NCBI GenBank assembly: GCA_013239625.1
Contig: MU056756.1
Span: 496,001 to 560,000 of the forward strand
Origin: Lama guanicoe
Taxonomy: Eukaryota
Direction: 5' to 3'
Length of the DNA: 64,000 bases
Made by a program: the position numbers and the translations under genes. Positions 1 to 12,500 of this stretch are shown here, one piece after another. Numbering within the stretch: the first letter of the stretch is position 1; each line of letters starts with the position of its first letter. The notes under the pieces are model-generated. The model had not been told where the DNA came from. It ran no database searches and was given only the letters and a program-made list of their open reading frames with translations.

Positions 1-184
1 ATGAGTGCCTGCCGTCAGAAGGCACTGCCTCCTGCCCGTGAGCGCCCAGTGTCTCCCTATCAAGCTGGCGGAAGTTGGTAACAGCCAACGCGGCAAAGCA
101 GGACAGACAAGGCACACGGGCTGTCACTCACGTTCAGCGTGTGTGCTAAGTGAGTGACTGATGCACACACGCGAAACGTTTCTC

Positions 185-620
185 TCAGTGTGCGCAGCCC
201 TTGAGATGGGAATTCCACTCCTGCAGGTTCACGTTAAGGGAATGTGAAATGTCGACACCTCCTTCCCCCCCGGGCCTCAGCACGTGGAGCAGTAAAACAC
301 ACGGAAAAAGCCGTAACTCGGTGTTTATGGAATCTTGAAAAAGGCCGAAGACACATGGATGTAGCTGCTGAAATATACATGGCTTACTTTTGTTGCAGCA
401 GGAAACCGGAAGTGGTGGTGAATGTTCCGTCAAAGAGGACGGGTTCGAGTGACTGCAGCACATCCGACACAGAGGGCTCAGCCGGCAGCTGAGGCCATGG
501 GGACCCGTGTACGTGGGGAGCGTGTGTCTGGAAGATGTCAGTCAGTCAGAAACTGTGTCTATGACAGCATGTTAGCTGGGCTGAAGAAATGGCAAGCGTG
601 GTGTGATCTTACGTCCGGGA
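185..620 (+). mobile_element. Old LINE-1 (L1M/L1ME-like) 3' fragment
   Basis: cccttgagatgggaattccactcctgcagg and gcaggaaaccggaagtggtggtgaatgttccgtcaaagaggacggg...cacatccgacacagaggg parallel the L1 ORF2 end and 3' UTR. Very diverged. Confidence 0.4.
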
Positions 621-3600
621 AACGTGAATCCGAGCGCCGCGCGTACGCGGAGAACACCTAGAAGCGCGTCAGCCAGCACACGGGCCGTGTGCACACGTGT
701 TGAAAGGAGCAGGGGGCACGCCTTCCTACGTTTCAGCCAGTTGAGACTTGTCCCGGCGTGGAGGTCACCAGGTCCGCAACCAGGAAGCAGGCTGTTTTAT
801 TGAAAAAAAATAATGAAGTACTTTGAGTAACGCAGGGAACAAAGTATTAAAGTTCTCAAACATGGGAACGTCGTGAACACCAGTGCTGGCCTGGCCGCCT
901 GTGTGAGAGCTCTAGAACGGGAAAGCTACACGGATGGCAACCCTCGGGTCGCGCGGAGGGCGCTCATGGGGCAGCATCGGGCGTGGACGTGCAGCGGCCC
1001 GCGGGCCAGGGTTCGGAGGGTGGGCTGACCGCCTCGCAGAGAGGAGCGAGGTGGTGACCCAGAAAGGGAGGGCGCTCCCAGTCTGGGAAGACACACTGTC
1101 CATCTTTGGTCTTGTGTTTAAGGGGGCACAGCTGTCCAGCGGTTGGCTGGGTCTCGCCTCTGCCCCACTGCCCGCCGTGACGCGGTCCCGCCACCCTCAC
1201 CCTGGCTTCAGGGTCTCTCTCCGTACGCTCATGGAAACGTCTGGGCATTTGAATGGCCACATCGCAGCCCGTGTTGGCTCTATGGTGACAGGAAATATGA
1301 ATTAAATTCCTGGTCAGGTGACCACCAGCAGCTCCCAGCAGCATTTTCCAGCTGAGTAAACTAATAAATCTGTTTATTCTTCATGGCTGACAGGGCCTAT
1401 TAGCTGTGGGCGCCTTCGGCAGTGGATTCTGGAGACAGAAGGTCGTTTGCTCTCAGCCTCCTCCCTTTAGCTGTAACGTGGTCGTAACGGCAGACCTGCT
1501 TTGAGACTCAGTGTCTCTAGCTAGCGATGAAATACGAGGACATGGGGACAGAGTGTCCGCGGGTCTGCTTCTTCCAGATGTTGGAATAGCGTACCCTCTG
1601 GCTTAGGTTTCTGTTAGTGAAGGCGCCCGATCAGAATTCATTGCGGTAGCATTTCAAGTGCAGACTTGTGAAAACAGACACGTGATGTGGTTCCCGCGAC
1701 CTGGAATAAGTTAGATCCTGAGCATCCAGGCCGCCAGGGCACTAAAGAGGAGCCGTGCCCGGTCATGAGGTGTTTGTGGTCACTTACCCCAGAGAGCTGG
1801 CCAGCTCTTCAGAAGATTGATTCTCTTGTTAAAGACATTTCTTACCTGGAGTTCACATGAGAGACACAGCACATGTTTGAAGAAATATTCCTCCTCTGTT
1901 TCTAAAATAGAGCTGATGTGACAGGCAGTTTCTCAGCCCCCGCTTCCTCTGGCTGAGAGTCCAGATAAAGCCCAGGAGGCGTGTTCTGCAGAGTCATTTT
2001 GCATGTCAGTGGGTTGAACCAGGAACCAACCCCCTGCCTGGCCCGCAGCCCCGGGTCCCCCGCAGGGCTGGGAACAAGGAAGGCAAGCCTTCGTGTGTGC
2101 AGACGTGCCCGTGGCACCGCCTGACATGAACAGAGCTGTCCCCAGACGTGACAGGGCTCCAGGTGCCCTGTGCGGGGCTCTGCTTCGAGGAGCCGCTCTC
2201 CCAACACCAGCAGAGGGGCAGCGGGTCACAAGCCAGGCCGGTCTGCGGGAACCCCTGCCGTGAGCAGTAGCCTCAGGGACGACCGGCTGATGCATGCCGT
2301 TTATGAGGCGTCCGCAGGAGACACAGAGAACGCAGTTCCCCCCACGTCCATCCTCTGCACCAGGCCCGCACGGGTTTCTTTTCGTCTGTGTTAAAAGACC
2401 TCTGTGTTTCTTTCTTGCTGCCCCTTTTGCTGGAGAAAACGAACCCAGTTCTGTGGAGGCTCAGAATGAACCTGATGTGGCCTCTGAGTCTGGAGCTTGT
2501 TTCCGGGCGCCCTGCGCAGCCCCGCAGCCCCTCCTGAGACCTCCGTGTCCGGCGCCACAGCTCGCAAGTGCTGCTGTCTGGACCTCGCGGCCCCCCTGCG
2601 AGGGCTCCGCGCACCTCGGGCCTGGCCTGCCCAGCCAGGAGGATGGTTCTGCCCTTTGACCGCCGTCCAGCCCACCCTTCCACCATGTGTCAACCACTGG
2701 CCGCATCCCAGGCTCCCAGGCTGACTCCGAGAGCGGGGCGTGGCGCTTGGCCGAGGGGTCTGCCCCAGAACACAGAAGGTGGACCCCAGCCCCGACCTCT
2801 GTGTAAAGCTGTTGTTCGAATCTCTCAGTCCCCAGACTGAGCTGTGTAACAAGTGTAAACACAGTGCGGGGCGCAGGGAGACGTGAGGAACTGCAAGCTA
2901 ACGTCCCCGCCCTGGCAGATGACCAGCGTGCAGGCCCGGGGGCCCCCCGGGGGGGGACGGGCACGAAGACTTCTGAGAGGGTGCAGGGGGCCGGCTGCTC
3001 CAGGCTGGGGTTAACTGACGCAGCCCAGGGACCAGTGCAGACTCAACCTGGGAAGACGGGTGGGGAGATCTTCAGGCGACGGGAAGACGTCCCAAGAGCA
3101 GGAGGGGCCGTTGGGGCGGGATGTCTGGGGGCGGTGAGCGGCCCCGCTGGTGGGAGGGTTCCTCCTGGAAGCCGCGAGAGATGCGCCCAGAAGCGTCCTG
3201 GCCTGTGACTCAGAGCTTCAGGGTTGGGCGGTGGGACCACATGGAAGGTCTCGGGGCGAGAGTGTTTGGGGCAGAGGACTGCAGGGGGCGTTGGCGGGAG
3301 CAGGAGTCCAGGGGGAGGGGCCGGTTTCTACGGGAGCAGAGATGTGTGTTCTGCCTGGAATCCCAAGGTGGGGCGAGCGAAGGTGTTGTTCAGGGACGGA
3401 AGGGGATGCGAGCACCACGCGCGGACGTGAGCGCCACCCTGGCCCCGAGCGCCGGTGTTCCGAGCTGTCAGAGCTTGTCTGGCAGGCGGTCGGCATTGAG
3501 TGCCCTGCAGAGCGGTCCTGTCGGGGGCCCAGAAAGCGTGCGGGGCGAGGCAGCGCTGTAGGAGGGCAGGTGGGAGTTCATGGCAGGTGCCGGGGGTGGG

Positions 3601-4807
3601 TCTGCCGTACCTTCCCTTGGTCGCTTCACGTGCCCTGTGTGAGGAGCCAGCTCTGGTTGGCTGGGGAGTTGCGCTTTCTCGTTTACGTGAAAGCCCTTCC
3701 TCTAGCCGGCTGACCTTCGGGGGGGGGCGGCCCTCACTTGCCTGACGGAGTAGCCAGGCAGCTGTGTTACCCCGGCTGCTCTGTCTGCCAGCCCCTCCCC
3801 GTGACCGGGTCCACCTCGCCGGAGGCGTCACCATGCAGCCCTGGGAACTGGTGAGAAGAGCAGGCAGCAGGTTGTTCGAACACCGTGACATCTCCCAGGA
3901 GAGCCTGGGTCCCAGGACTCGGAGCACGGAGACCTACGCTAACGACCTTATGCGGCCCTTTGCCAGAGGAGGGACGCTGGGTGCCACGGGCGTGGGAGGA
4001 CAGGCCAGGCGCCCCCAGCCACTGGCCACACATCTGGTGGTGCCGCTTAGAAGGTGAAGGGAAGACGTGTCCACCTCCTGTCAGTCGGAGGCGCCGGTTG
4101 TGGGGCTGCCCGTCACCTGTTCTCTCAGGAGGAAGAGCTCACCGTCTTGCCACCAGCCCGCAGCGCTCGGGGAAGCTTGGGTCAACCCAGCCTCGTTTTC
4201 TGACGGAGTCCGGGCTCAGTGTGCTGACACTCACACGCACGGCCCTTCTTCACGTGTCGTCATCCTGCTGCGCTTTGCCGCCCCGTGTGAGGGTGCAACG
4301 GGGTGGAAGCCGGTCCTTGTCCGAAATTGCCTGAAATGGCCTGGCCACTGCCCTACCAACTCTGAATTTCACCTGTGACCGTGCACGGGGCAGAAGCCAG
4401 CTGGGAGCCACCCAGGCCTGCGACGAGCGGCTCGCTTTCTCTGCAGCTCCGGAGACGCAGCAAGCCCTCGGCCAGCACGTCCCAGTCTGCGGGTGCTGGA
4501 AGAGCCTCGGCACTGCTCAGCCGCCGGCCCTGCGTGGTGCTCGTTTCATGGAAACCACTGTTGGTGCCACGGAGCAGCCGTGGCAGGACTTTGCCCACAT
4601 GCACACACGGACGTGTGTCTGGTGGGGCTTGAATCTCCATCAAATGTGACTCTTTTTCTGCAATTCTTTCCCAAAGTGCACACACACCAGTTTTGCTGTA
4701 AATACGGCACAAAGGCTGCAGGAGGGCGTTCGGGGTTGTGAGGATGTCACGGGATCCTTGTCACCCAGAATTACTGAGCGAGGCTCGTGGGTGCTGAACG
4801 GTCTGCT

Positions 4808-4990
4808 GAGGAGTTTCCCGGCAGTCGTGCCGTGCAGGTTCTGAACCGGGAGCTGCTTTACTGGGGAGGGGCTGCCCTGCACGTGGCAGGAGGTCTGGCA
4901 GCGTCCCTGGCCTCCTCTGCTAGTTTCTGGTCATGGCAACAAAGGTGTCTCAGACATGACCAGCCGCCCGGGGAAGGCAGCCCGTGGAGT
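4808..4990 (-). mobile_element. MER20 (hAT-Charlie) DNA transposon relic
   Basis: ggggctgccctgcacgtggcaggaggtctggcagcgtccctggcctc...catggcaacaaaggtgtctcagacatgacc follows the reverse MER20 consensus as recalled. Confidence 0.65.
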
Positions 4991-7900
4991 GTGGTCTTCA
5001 TCGCGGTCTGTTCTCCAGCTCTCCCTTTCCCTCGAGCCCACAGTGATGCCTCCCTCTGGGAACCCTGTGTTCTTACACACTCGGCCCCACTCGTCCAGCA
5101 CACGTCCAGGTTCCCTCGACACCACGTGCACGTCTCTCCTCCTGAAAGTCAGGGTGTGTTCCTTCCCTCCTAGGAGCTTTGGATGGTTTCCATTTGCCCC
5201 CCAAGCACATCTGCCATCTTTTCTGGAAATACCTCAGACTCTCAGCTCGCCTCTGTCCTCCGAGAATGTCCCTCCCCTCTGTCCCCCCAGCGATCCCAGG
5301 ACCTGGTGTCTTGACTGAGGGTGTCGGTGACGTGGAGTCCTGGCGTCCTGCAGGGCTTCTGCCACCGAGATTCTGGAGCACCGCCCGGTGCACCGAGATG
5401 ATGTGGATGCAGCTTCGTGACTTTGAAATGCTCCAGCGCTGATGACCGTCCGGCGTGACTAGGTTATAAGCATCCATGTGAAAATGCAGGCTTTACTGAT
5501 GAAACCAAGCCAGGGGATGCTGGTGAACTTCTGCATCTCTGGCGCCTGAAGACCACTCGCCCGTTACTTCCTCTGTGCTGATTACAAGCCCCAAGTGCCG
5601 TTTTCACGCTAAGGTTTTAAAGGCGCGGAGAGTGTGGTGCCAACAGCCACGGTGCACGATGCCGATTCCCACGACCCGCTGGGCGCCCGGGACCACGACG
5701 TGGAGAAGATGCGCATGATGTGTCCTTCGGTCCTCGGCTAATTCCCTGAAAGGCGAGTCCACTTGTGACAAAGGAGGCCCGTGGTCCTGGTTCCAGAGCT
5801 CAGCCGCCCTCCTGAGCACCCCCACCCCTCCCTGTGGTCTTGGGCGGGCACTGTCTCACCTTGGTGGTCATCGTCCTGAGCACAGATTTGTCAGGACAGA
5901 CTGAGAACCAGAGGAGACGGACTCAGGAAGGATCGATCTCTGAAATTCCCCAGGCGGAAGTTCAGGAAAGGAGATGAGTATGATTACGGTGCTCGAAACC
6001 TTCCCCGTCCGTGAGCCGATCACTGCAGACCCTTGGCTGGTAACTAAGAAAGCTGTCTCGTCTGTAAGCCAAACGGCGTTCCCTCCAGGCCTTGGGCCCT
6101 GACACCGAGCGGACAAGGGGACACAGCCCTCCACGTAGCCCTCCAGCTCCCCTCCAGCCCTGTCATTCGGGGGCTGGCGGGGTCTCGCCTGCATCAGGAC
6201 CGACAGAATCCCTGGACTGGGAGGAGACTGGCAGTGAGAGAGCCCGTAGTGTCCGGGGACCTGCTGTGTTCCCACTGCCCTTGTGGTGAAGGAGGTCACG
6301 GCGAGTATTGGTGAACTTTGATCCCTTTAAATGCGTCCTTTAGGCTCGCCCTTTTTATTTTATGCCCCCTTCCCCTATTTCTGCAAAAATAACTTATTTT
6401 ACTGTCCTACAGTTTAACAGGGTGCCTGAAGGAGGTCTCCCCAGGAGCTGACTTGAGGACTATTCCATTTCACAAATAGGTCGGGTTCAGATCGGCTCTC
6501 TTCCTGGACTGAAGTGTGGCCGAGTCGCCATCGTGAACCCCAGGTCGCTCGTCAGTGGGAAGCAGTCGCCGCACTCCCAGCGTCGTGTTGCCTGGTTGTC
6601 CGCGAGGGCGCCAGACCCCGTCCCTGGGAGAGCAAGCCGGCAGCCGCTGGGCTCCAGCCCCGTCGTCTGTCTCAGGGGTTTCCCCAGGTTGCCATCATCC
6701 CTCATCCGGAGCCTCTCTGCACACGCTCCATTGCCAGTTCCTTTTTGCTTCCTGTCCTGAGCAGCCTCCTCCTGGAAGGACAGTCAGTGCTGGCGGAGAT
6801 GCAGAAGTGGTTATTTTAAGGTCTTCTAGCCGTTACTCTGCTGTACTTCTGCGGTGCTGTGAGTCGCTTCGACTCGGCCGCTGACTTAGTGTTTCTCTGG
6901 CCTTTAGTGACCGAGTTCCAGGGTATGAAGCTTTGGCCACGTGTGACGCAGGCGTCACCACGGAGACACCGACGTCCACCGGGGCCCGCGTCCCTTAATG
7001 AAAAGCACCTTAGGCTAGTTGTTGTGTTTAATCATTAACGTCAGCTGTTCAGTGTGAGGATCAGTGCTTGCGTCTGTTTGAATTTATCATGAACTTTGAC
7101 AGTGTACAGTGAGCAGCCAAGTCACATACTGTTACCCCTGGAAGAAAACAGACTCACGTAGCGTCAGAACACCAGAAACTATGTGGTTTGTAAGCAGGGC
7201 ATTCTGGTGTTAACAGATTTTCCACTTCAAACCCCAGAAAAGCACAAGCAGGCGCCAACCTTGGGGCCGGGGAGCAGGGCTGACCCCCAGACGCGATTTC
7301 TGAGTCTCTAACTTCAGCCAAGTGGCTCTCACGTCTGGGAGCCTCGGTACCTCTTCGGAGGCGGAGCTCAGCCAGTGGGCCCTTGGGAGGACTAGACAGG
7401 GTGCCGGGACGCGGTGCCCTGGCCCGGCCTCCCTCCCCTCCTCCACGTCCCCTCCTCCCAGAACCACCTGTTACACCTCAGGCAGCACCTCCTCCCCCCG
7501 TCTCACAAGCCCAGAGCTGTTCTCCCTTCGTTTAAGTACCTTCCAAAATTATTTTCATGAATTTTCCCGAGCTTGGATTTATAGAGAGAGAAGCATCAAG
7601 TCCCTGCATCTGAAGAGAGTTTTCTGGTAACGGGCTCTGCCCTTGCCACCCGTTAGCTGTGCCCCTCCGACTGTGCCCGCGCACCTGGGGTGTGGTGTGC
7701 ACGCCCCCACCGTCTCACCCAACTTTCTGCCTCGTGCTCCCACACCCTGAAAGCAAAGTGGGGATCCGGGGGGACGGGAGATGGATGGCCGGGCTTCCAG
7801 GGCGGGGTCTGAGCAGACGTGCCCAGCAGACACCCACCTCCCCTCCGTCTGCTCCTCTGACCCTCTCTCTGCCGCGCGCCCCAGCCTGAGGACTGGTGGT

Positions 7901-9399
7901 GACAGCTGGACCTCCCCGTGGGAGTGAGGTTTTAAAAACCTTCCAGGCGGTGCTACTGCCATTCACGTTGTGTGGTTATTCCACTAAGACACAGGTGTGT
8001 CCAGCCCTCCCGTGAGCCAGGAGAATCAGACCTTGTGATGCCGTTTTGTGGGAGGGAGGACGGGGCTCTAACGGCGCTGAGAGATCCTCCAAGGTCACCA
8101 GGAGAGAGGCCGTGGGAGGCCGTGGTTTCCGCCGCTCGTTCCTTCTGTGAAGATGTCCAGATGGACAGACGCCAAGGCCATGCAGCAGAGCGCCCACCAG
8201 GAGCTCAGCGTGAGAGGAGCGGCGGACGCGGCGGCCTCCCGTGTGCCGTGTGGAAGGGGCGCTCCCCGCGGTTGCGTCCCTCCGAGAACATCCCGCCAGA
8301 ACCCTCCTTCTGCCCATCGTATCTCTCCAGGTGTTTGTTCCAAAGTGTGAACGTAAATTCGTTCTCTGCTTTAAACCTTTTAGCGCAAAGGCTCCCCCAG
8401 TTTGTAAGGATGTGCTTCAGTTCCAAGCAATAGGTTTACTTGGTTAGAAAGCCACCCGTCCTGGTGCTGCAGGCCCAGGGCCCCCTCACCCCCAGAACAA
8501 AACCAGGGGCGCAGGGAGACCAGGCCGCCCACCCTGTTACCCGCAGACGCTACTCCCGCAGGGACTTGCCAGGCCGTCTCTACGAAGCCGCGGAGCCCAC
8601 GTTACCATCACAGCCTCGTGCTGATAAAGAAAACTGAGGTTCCCCTCCTGCCCTGAAGGTCTGGGGGGTGAAGGTGGTCCTCGCCAGGCTGGGGACGCCC
8701 CTTCACCAGGTCAGTGTCGTGGACAAATGCAGACGGGAACAGCGAAATGAGACGGCGGGAGGCAGGAGGGAAGGGAGTGGGGGGTGGTGCTGGGAGGGGG
8801 GACAGCCGTGACCTCAGTGTCCCCCCGACTCGCCCAGTGTGGGGCAGCCCCTGCCGGCCTCTGGGCAGGGTCCGTGCAGAGAAGCCGCGGAGGTCTCTGA
8901 ACAGACCGCGGAGGGTCCTGGCGTGACTTCAGAGAAGTCGAGCTGCATTTGCGTTTGGGGGGCTGAGTTACGGCCTTCTCTTCGCCGACAGGTTCGAGGC
9001 TCGTGGCACAGAAGCTGAGGGGCCCAGGGCCTTCGGCTCTCGGGAGGTATTTTATTTTCAGGACACAGCTGCCACACACAGTCGTCTGTCGCGAGGAGGA
9101 GAACGAAAGTCCTGACACCGGCGTGTGTGGGGGGCGGAGCTGTGGCTTCAGTCAAGCCCTGAACGCGGGGCGGGGAAGTCCACGCGCTCCAGGACCCGCG
9201 GCTTCGTTAGCAGGAACGCCCGAGTCCTGCTCCTCCGGCAAATCCCGTGTCCGCACTGCCGCCCCAGGCACTGCGTCCTTCTTGAGGTTCCCTCTCACAG
9301 CACTGGGTCTCGGCTGCCAGCAAAGGCCGTGTGCAGTGATCCCCGCTCCTGAGCAGTGAAGGGTAGGTGCTCGTGTGTTGTGGCCGGGTCGGCATTAAG

Positions 9400-9535
9400 T
9401 CGTGTGCTCCAGAAAACCAGAGACCTCACTGTCAGGGGTCTGAAACCTGAAAACCTACACTTTAGAATATATTCTCAGGCCTTTCAGAAGAATCTAGCAA
9501 ATGGGTGTGACCCTGGCATGTTTTGGAAAAGTAAT
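9400..9535. mobile_element. Probable MER5-family fragment
   Basis: ccagagacctcactgtcaggggtctgaaacctgaaaacctacactttag...ctcagg resembles the MER5 internal block. Degenerate match. Confidence 0.35.
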
Positions 9536-12500
9536 TATTTTTCCGGTCACTTAGCCTGGTTCACAGCCAGAACCCCAGATCCAGTGAGTTAAGTCTGCTT
9601 TCACAGTGTTTTAGGTGAATGAACATGAAAAATTCTGTCAACATTTTCAAAGTCACCTCTCCCCCCACGACCGTGTCAGCGGCCCTGGTCTCCTCCCTGC
9701 CAGGGATTTCTTCCCATTCTGACTCAACCTCTGTAACATTTCTGAGCTACAACTGCATGCGCGGCACCGTCCTGTGGAAGGTGTTTGACACCCGTGGTGT
9801 GTCCTGAGTGTGCAAGAGGTTGTGTGTCAGGCCTCGCTAGGTGCCTCGGTCTCTAAGCCGAGAAGCCACACTGTCCCGGCCCAGTTTGTTACTCCAGCTG
9901 CGTTCCTTCCGGCCAAAACCACCTTTATTCCACCCAAATCAAGCCTCTTGCTGCTTCTGGAACATCCCATACTCACCCACCCTGGTTCTGTACGAATTTT
10001 GTTAGTGGTGCCCTCCCCTCGTCCTCCTCAACTGAAACCCCATAGTCGTCCAGGCGTGGACCTGTCGGCACCGCCGTCTGCCCCACCCTGTTGGCTCTGT
10101 CCGCCGCCCGGCCCCCTCGGCTCCGACGGGAGCGCTCCTGCCTGGGACCCCAGCAGCTGGAGTGGCTGCTTTGAGGCCTCCCTGCAGGGGAGCTTCCTAA
10201 GGAGAGGGCCTTGGCGAGGAGGTGCTTCCAGCTCAGTCTGACTCGCTCGAGAACGCTTCCTCCTGCTCTAAAGGCCTGGAGCCGAGGGCTGACGGCCGGG
10301 CACACGCAGCCCTGCAGGGACCCAGGACGGGAGGCCGGGTGTCCGGTCGGGGGAGTTGGCCTCTCCCGTTCCGCAGCCCCGCACGTGCCCGGTCTGGTGT
10401 CCCTTCCACGGGAGGCCACCACCTGAACACGAGCGTGGCCCAGGCGGCAGGCTGGCTCTGCTTCTGTATCCGGATGAGGCCTGGTGGCAGAGGACCAGGA
10501 CCAGTGCCTCCAGGTCCCACGAAGGAGGAACTGTGATGTGATAAGTGTGGGCTGAGGCAACAGGACCTCAGGCTGTAGACCCATCGCAGCCCGGACGGCC
10601 ACAGGTTCATCGCGGACGAGCGTGAAGGCCAACCCAGCCCCTGTGCTCCCCTCCCAACGCACGGACTTGGCGCTCACGTCGGCAGCTGTCCCGTGCATCC
10701 GTGTCCTGTTCCAGGAGCTGTGGCTGCTGCCGTGACGGCCGGGGTCACCCGCAGTGAGCGCCCCATGAAGATCGGGGTACAGGAGCTGCTGAGGACGTGT
10801 CAGTGGAAGGAAGGCTGCACTGACCTATGGATAACGTGCCCTGGAAACCGCTCAGTGGTGCGGGGCACGGCCCTGTGTGAGACGTCCCGACAACGACAAT
10901 GACAACTTACTAAGAAATAGTTCCTGAGGGCAGCCGCCTGTGGCCACGGGGTGGGGGGGGGCTGAGGAAACGCCCCGAGGCGCGTGTGTCACTGATGAGA
11001 ACCCGCTTCAGCGCAGGATGGCTGGTGTTTAGGAGACAGAGAGAACCCTCCAAGTCCGTCCACGCGCAGAGGGGCCTCCCTGTCCACTCCCCCAGCATCC
11101 TTTGCTCCAAGACAGAAAAGGATGGTTTGGTTTCGTTAAAAAAAAAAAGAAGAAGACTTAAACGACACTCATCTCCTCAGCCAAGATAATTGGGCCACCA
11201 GTTCTGGACTGAAGAGTGTATGTCTGTCTATTTATTCTGAAATGCATTCGACACACAACATGCAGATTCACGGTGCATGGCACGTCCTTTCGGTGCGTTT
11301 GTGCGCTGCGGTGTGACTGCCAGCATGGGGATAATTAGTGCCTGTCAGGCCGCACAGCCCCCCCTCGTTGTGGTGGCTGAAACCGTTAGGTCCTGCTCAC
11401 TCCGCGAGTTCGAGGTCATGATCCGACGCTGTGTCTGCGGCCGTGTCCCGAGCGTCAGAGCTCCGAGGCTCACTGCCCGCCGCACCAGATGCACTGTGGG
11501 TGCTTCTCGGCCTTCTGGGTAATCCCGGGTGCGCACCAGTGAGTGGGCCTGTGCTGCGGAAGGAGGGCCAGTGGAAGGTGGAGAGACCGTGTGTGAAACA
11601 TAATTCATTTTTAACGAGGCGGGCGGTGGGACTGTGTGATCAGATAAACCCCTGAGATGCAATTTGCCTTTGGGATAATTTTATGACTCATTAATCGGTT
11701 TCAGTGCACAGTTAAAGATGAGATTGTCTGCAAAAGATTTCAATCCCTCTTCTTCCCCAATGAGCTGCAATTCCTTTGGTTAGATTTTAATTTGGACTTA
11801 AAATAAGCATTAGAAATTGTCCTTGCTACAAATAATAAGAAAATAATAACACAGTTTAAATATTTAAAGGCTTCATGACATTTACACAGAGGAACTGAGG
11901 CGTGTCTGTCGAACGTGTGTGTGAACGTGTGTGTGTTTTCTGCAACACGGGGACGTCATCTGTGCTGACGTGTTTTGCGGGTGGGGGATGGTTTCAACTA
12001 GCGGGAGGCCTCCTGGCCCAAGGAGCCCGGGGTTACGTTCAGAGCACGTGGCCCCTCCTGCCCTGTGGCCGCGGTGCCCTCGGCAAACCCGGAGCAGCTC
12101 CGGGCCCAGGGGCTCGGCTTTACGGTGAGGGTCAGACCGCGAGCTCGGTGAGCGGTCGCTGCTGTAAGAGCAAGGGAGGTCTGCGCCCGTCTCCCAGGCT
12201 TGGCTGAAGACAGACCGCAGCTGACCGTCTAAAGTGAGCCCTGTCTCGGGAGCCCACTCGGTTTGTTTCCTCTCAGAAGCAGCTTTAAGTGGTAGCGTCC
12301 GAGGAAAAAGAAACTTAGTGGTTATTAAATGGCTGTTTGTCTTTAGAAACAAAAGACAACGTTCGACCAAGAACGGAACAGCAGCTTCGTCAACACTAGG
12401 CACAAGGAACCAGGACAGGAGGGTGACGAGGGCTCGTTGCCGGCCTCTCCCCAGGCCCCTGCGCTGGGGCGTCAGGGCCGCTGTCTGTCTCTGCGCCCAC

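Noticed and set aside
1793-1808. 16-bp perfect palindrome AGAGCTGGCCAGCTCT
   Set aside because: Isolated and of a length plausible by chance in 64 kb, with no associated motif.
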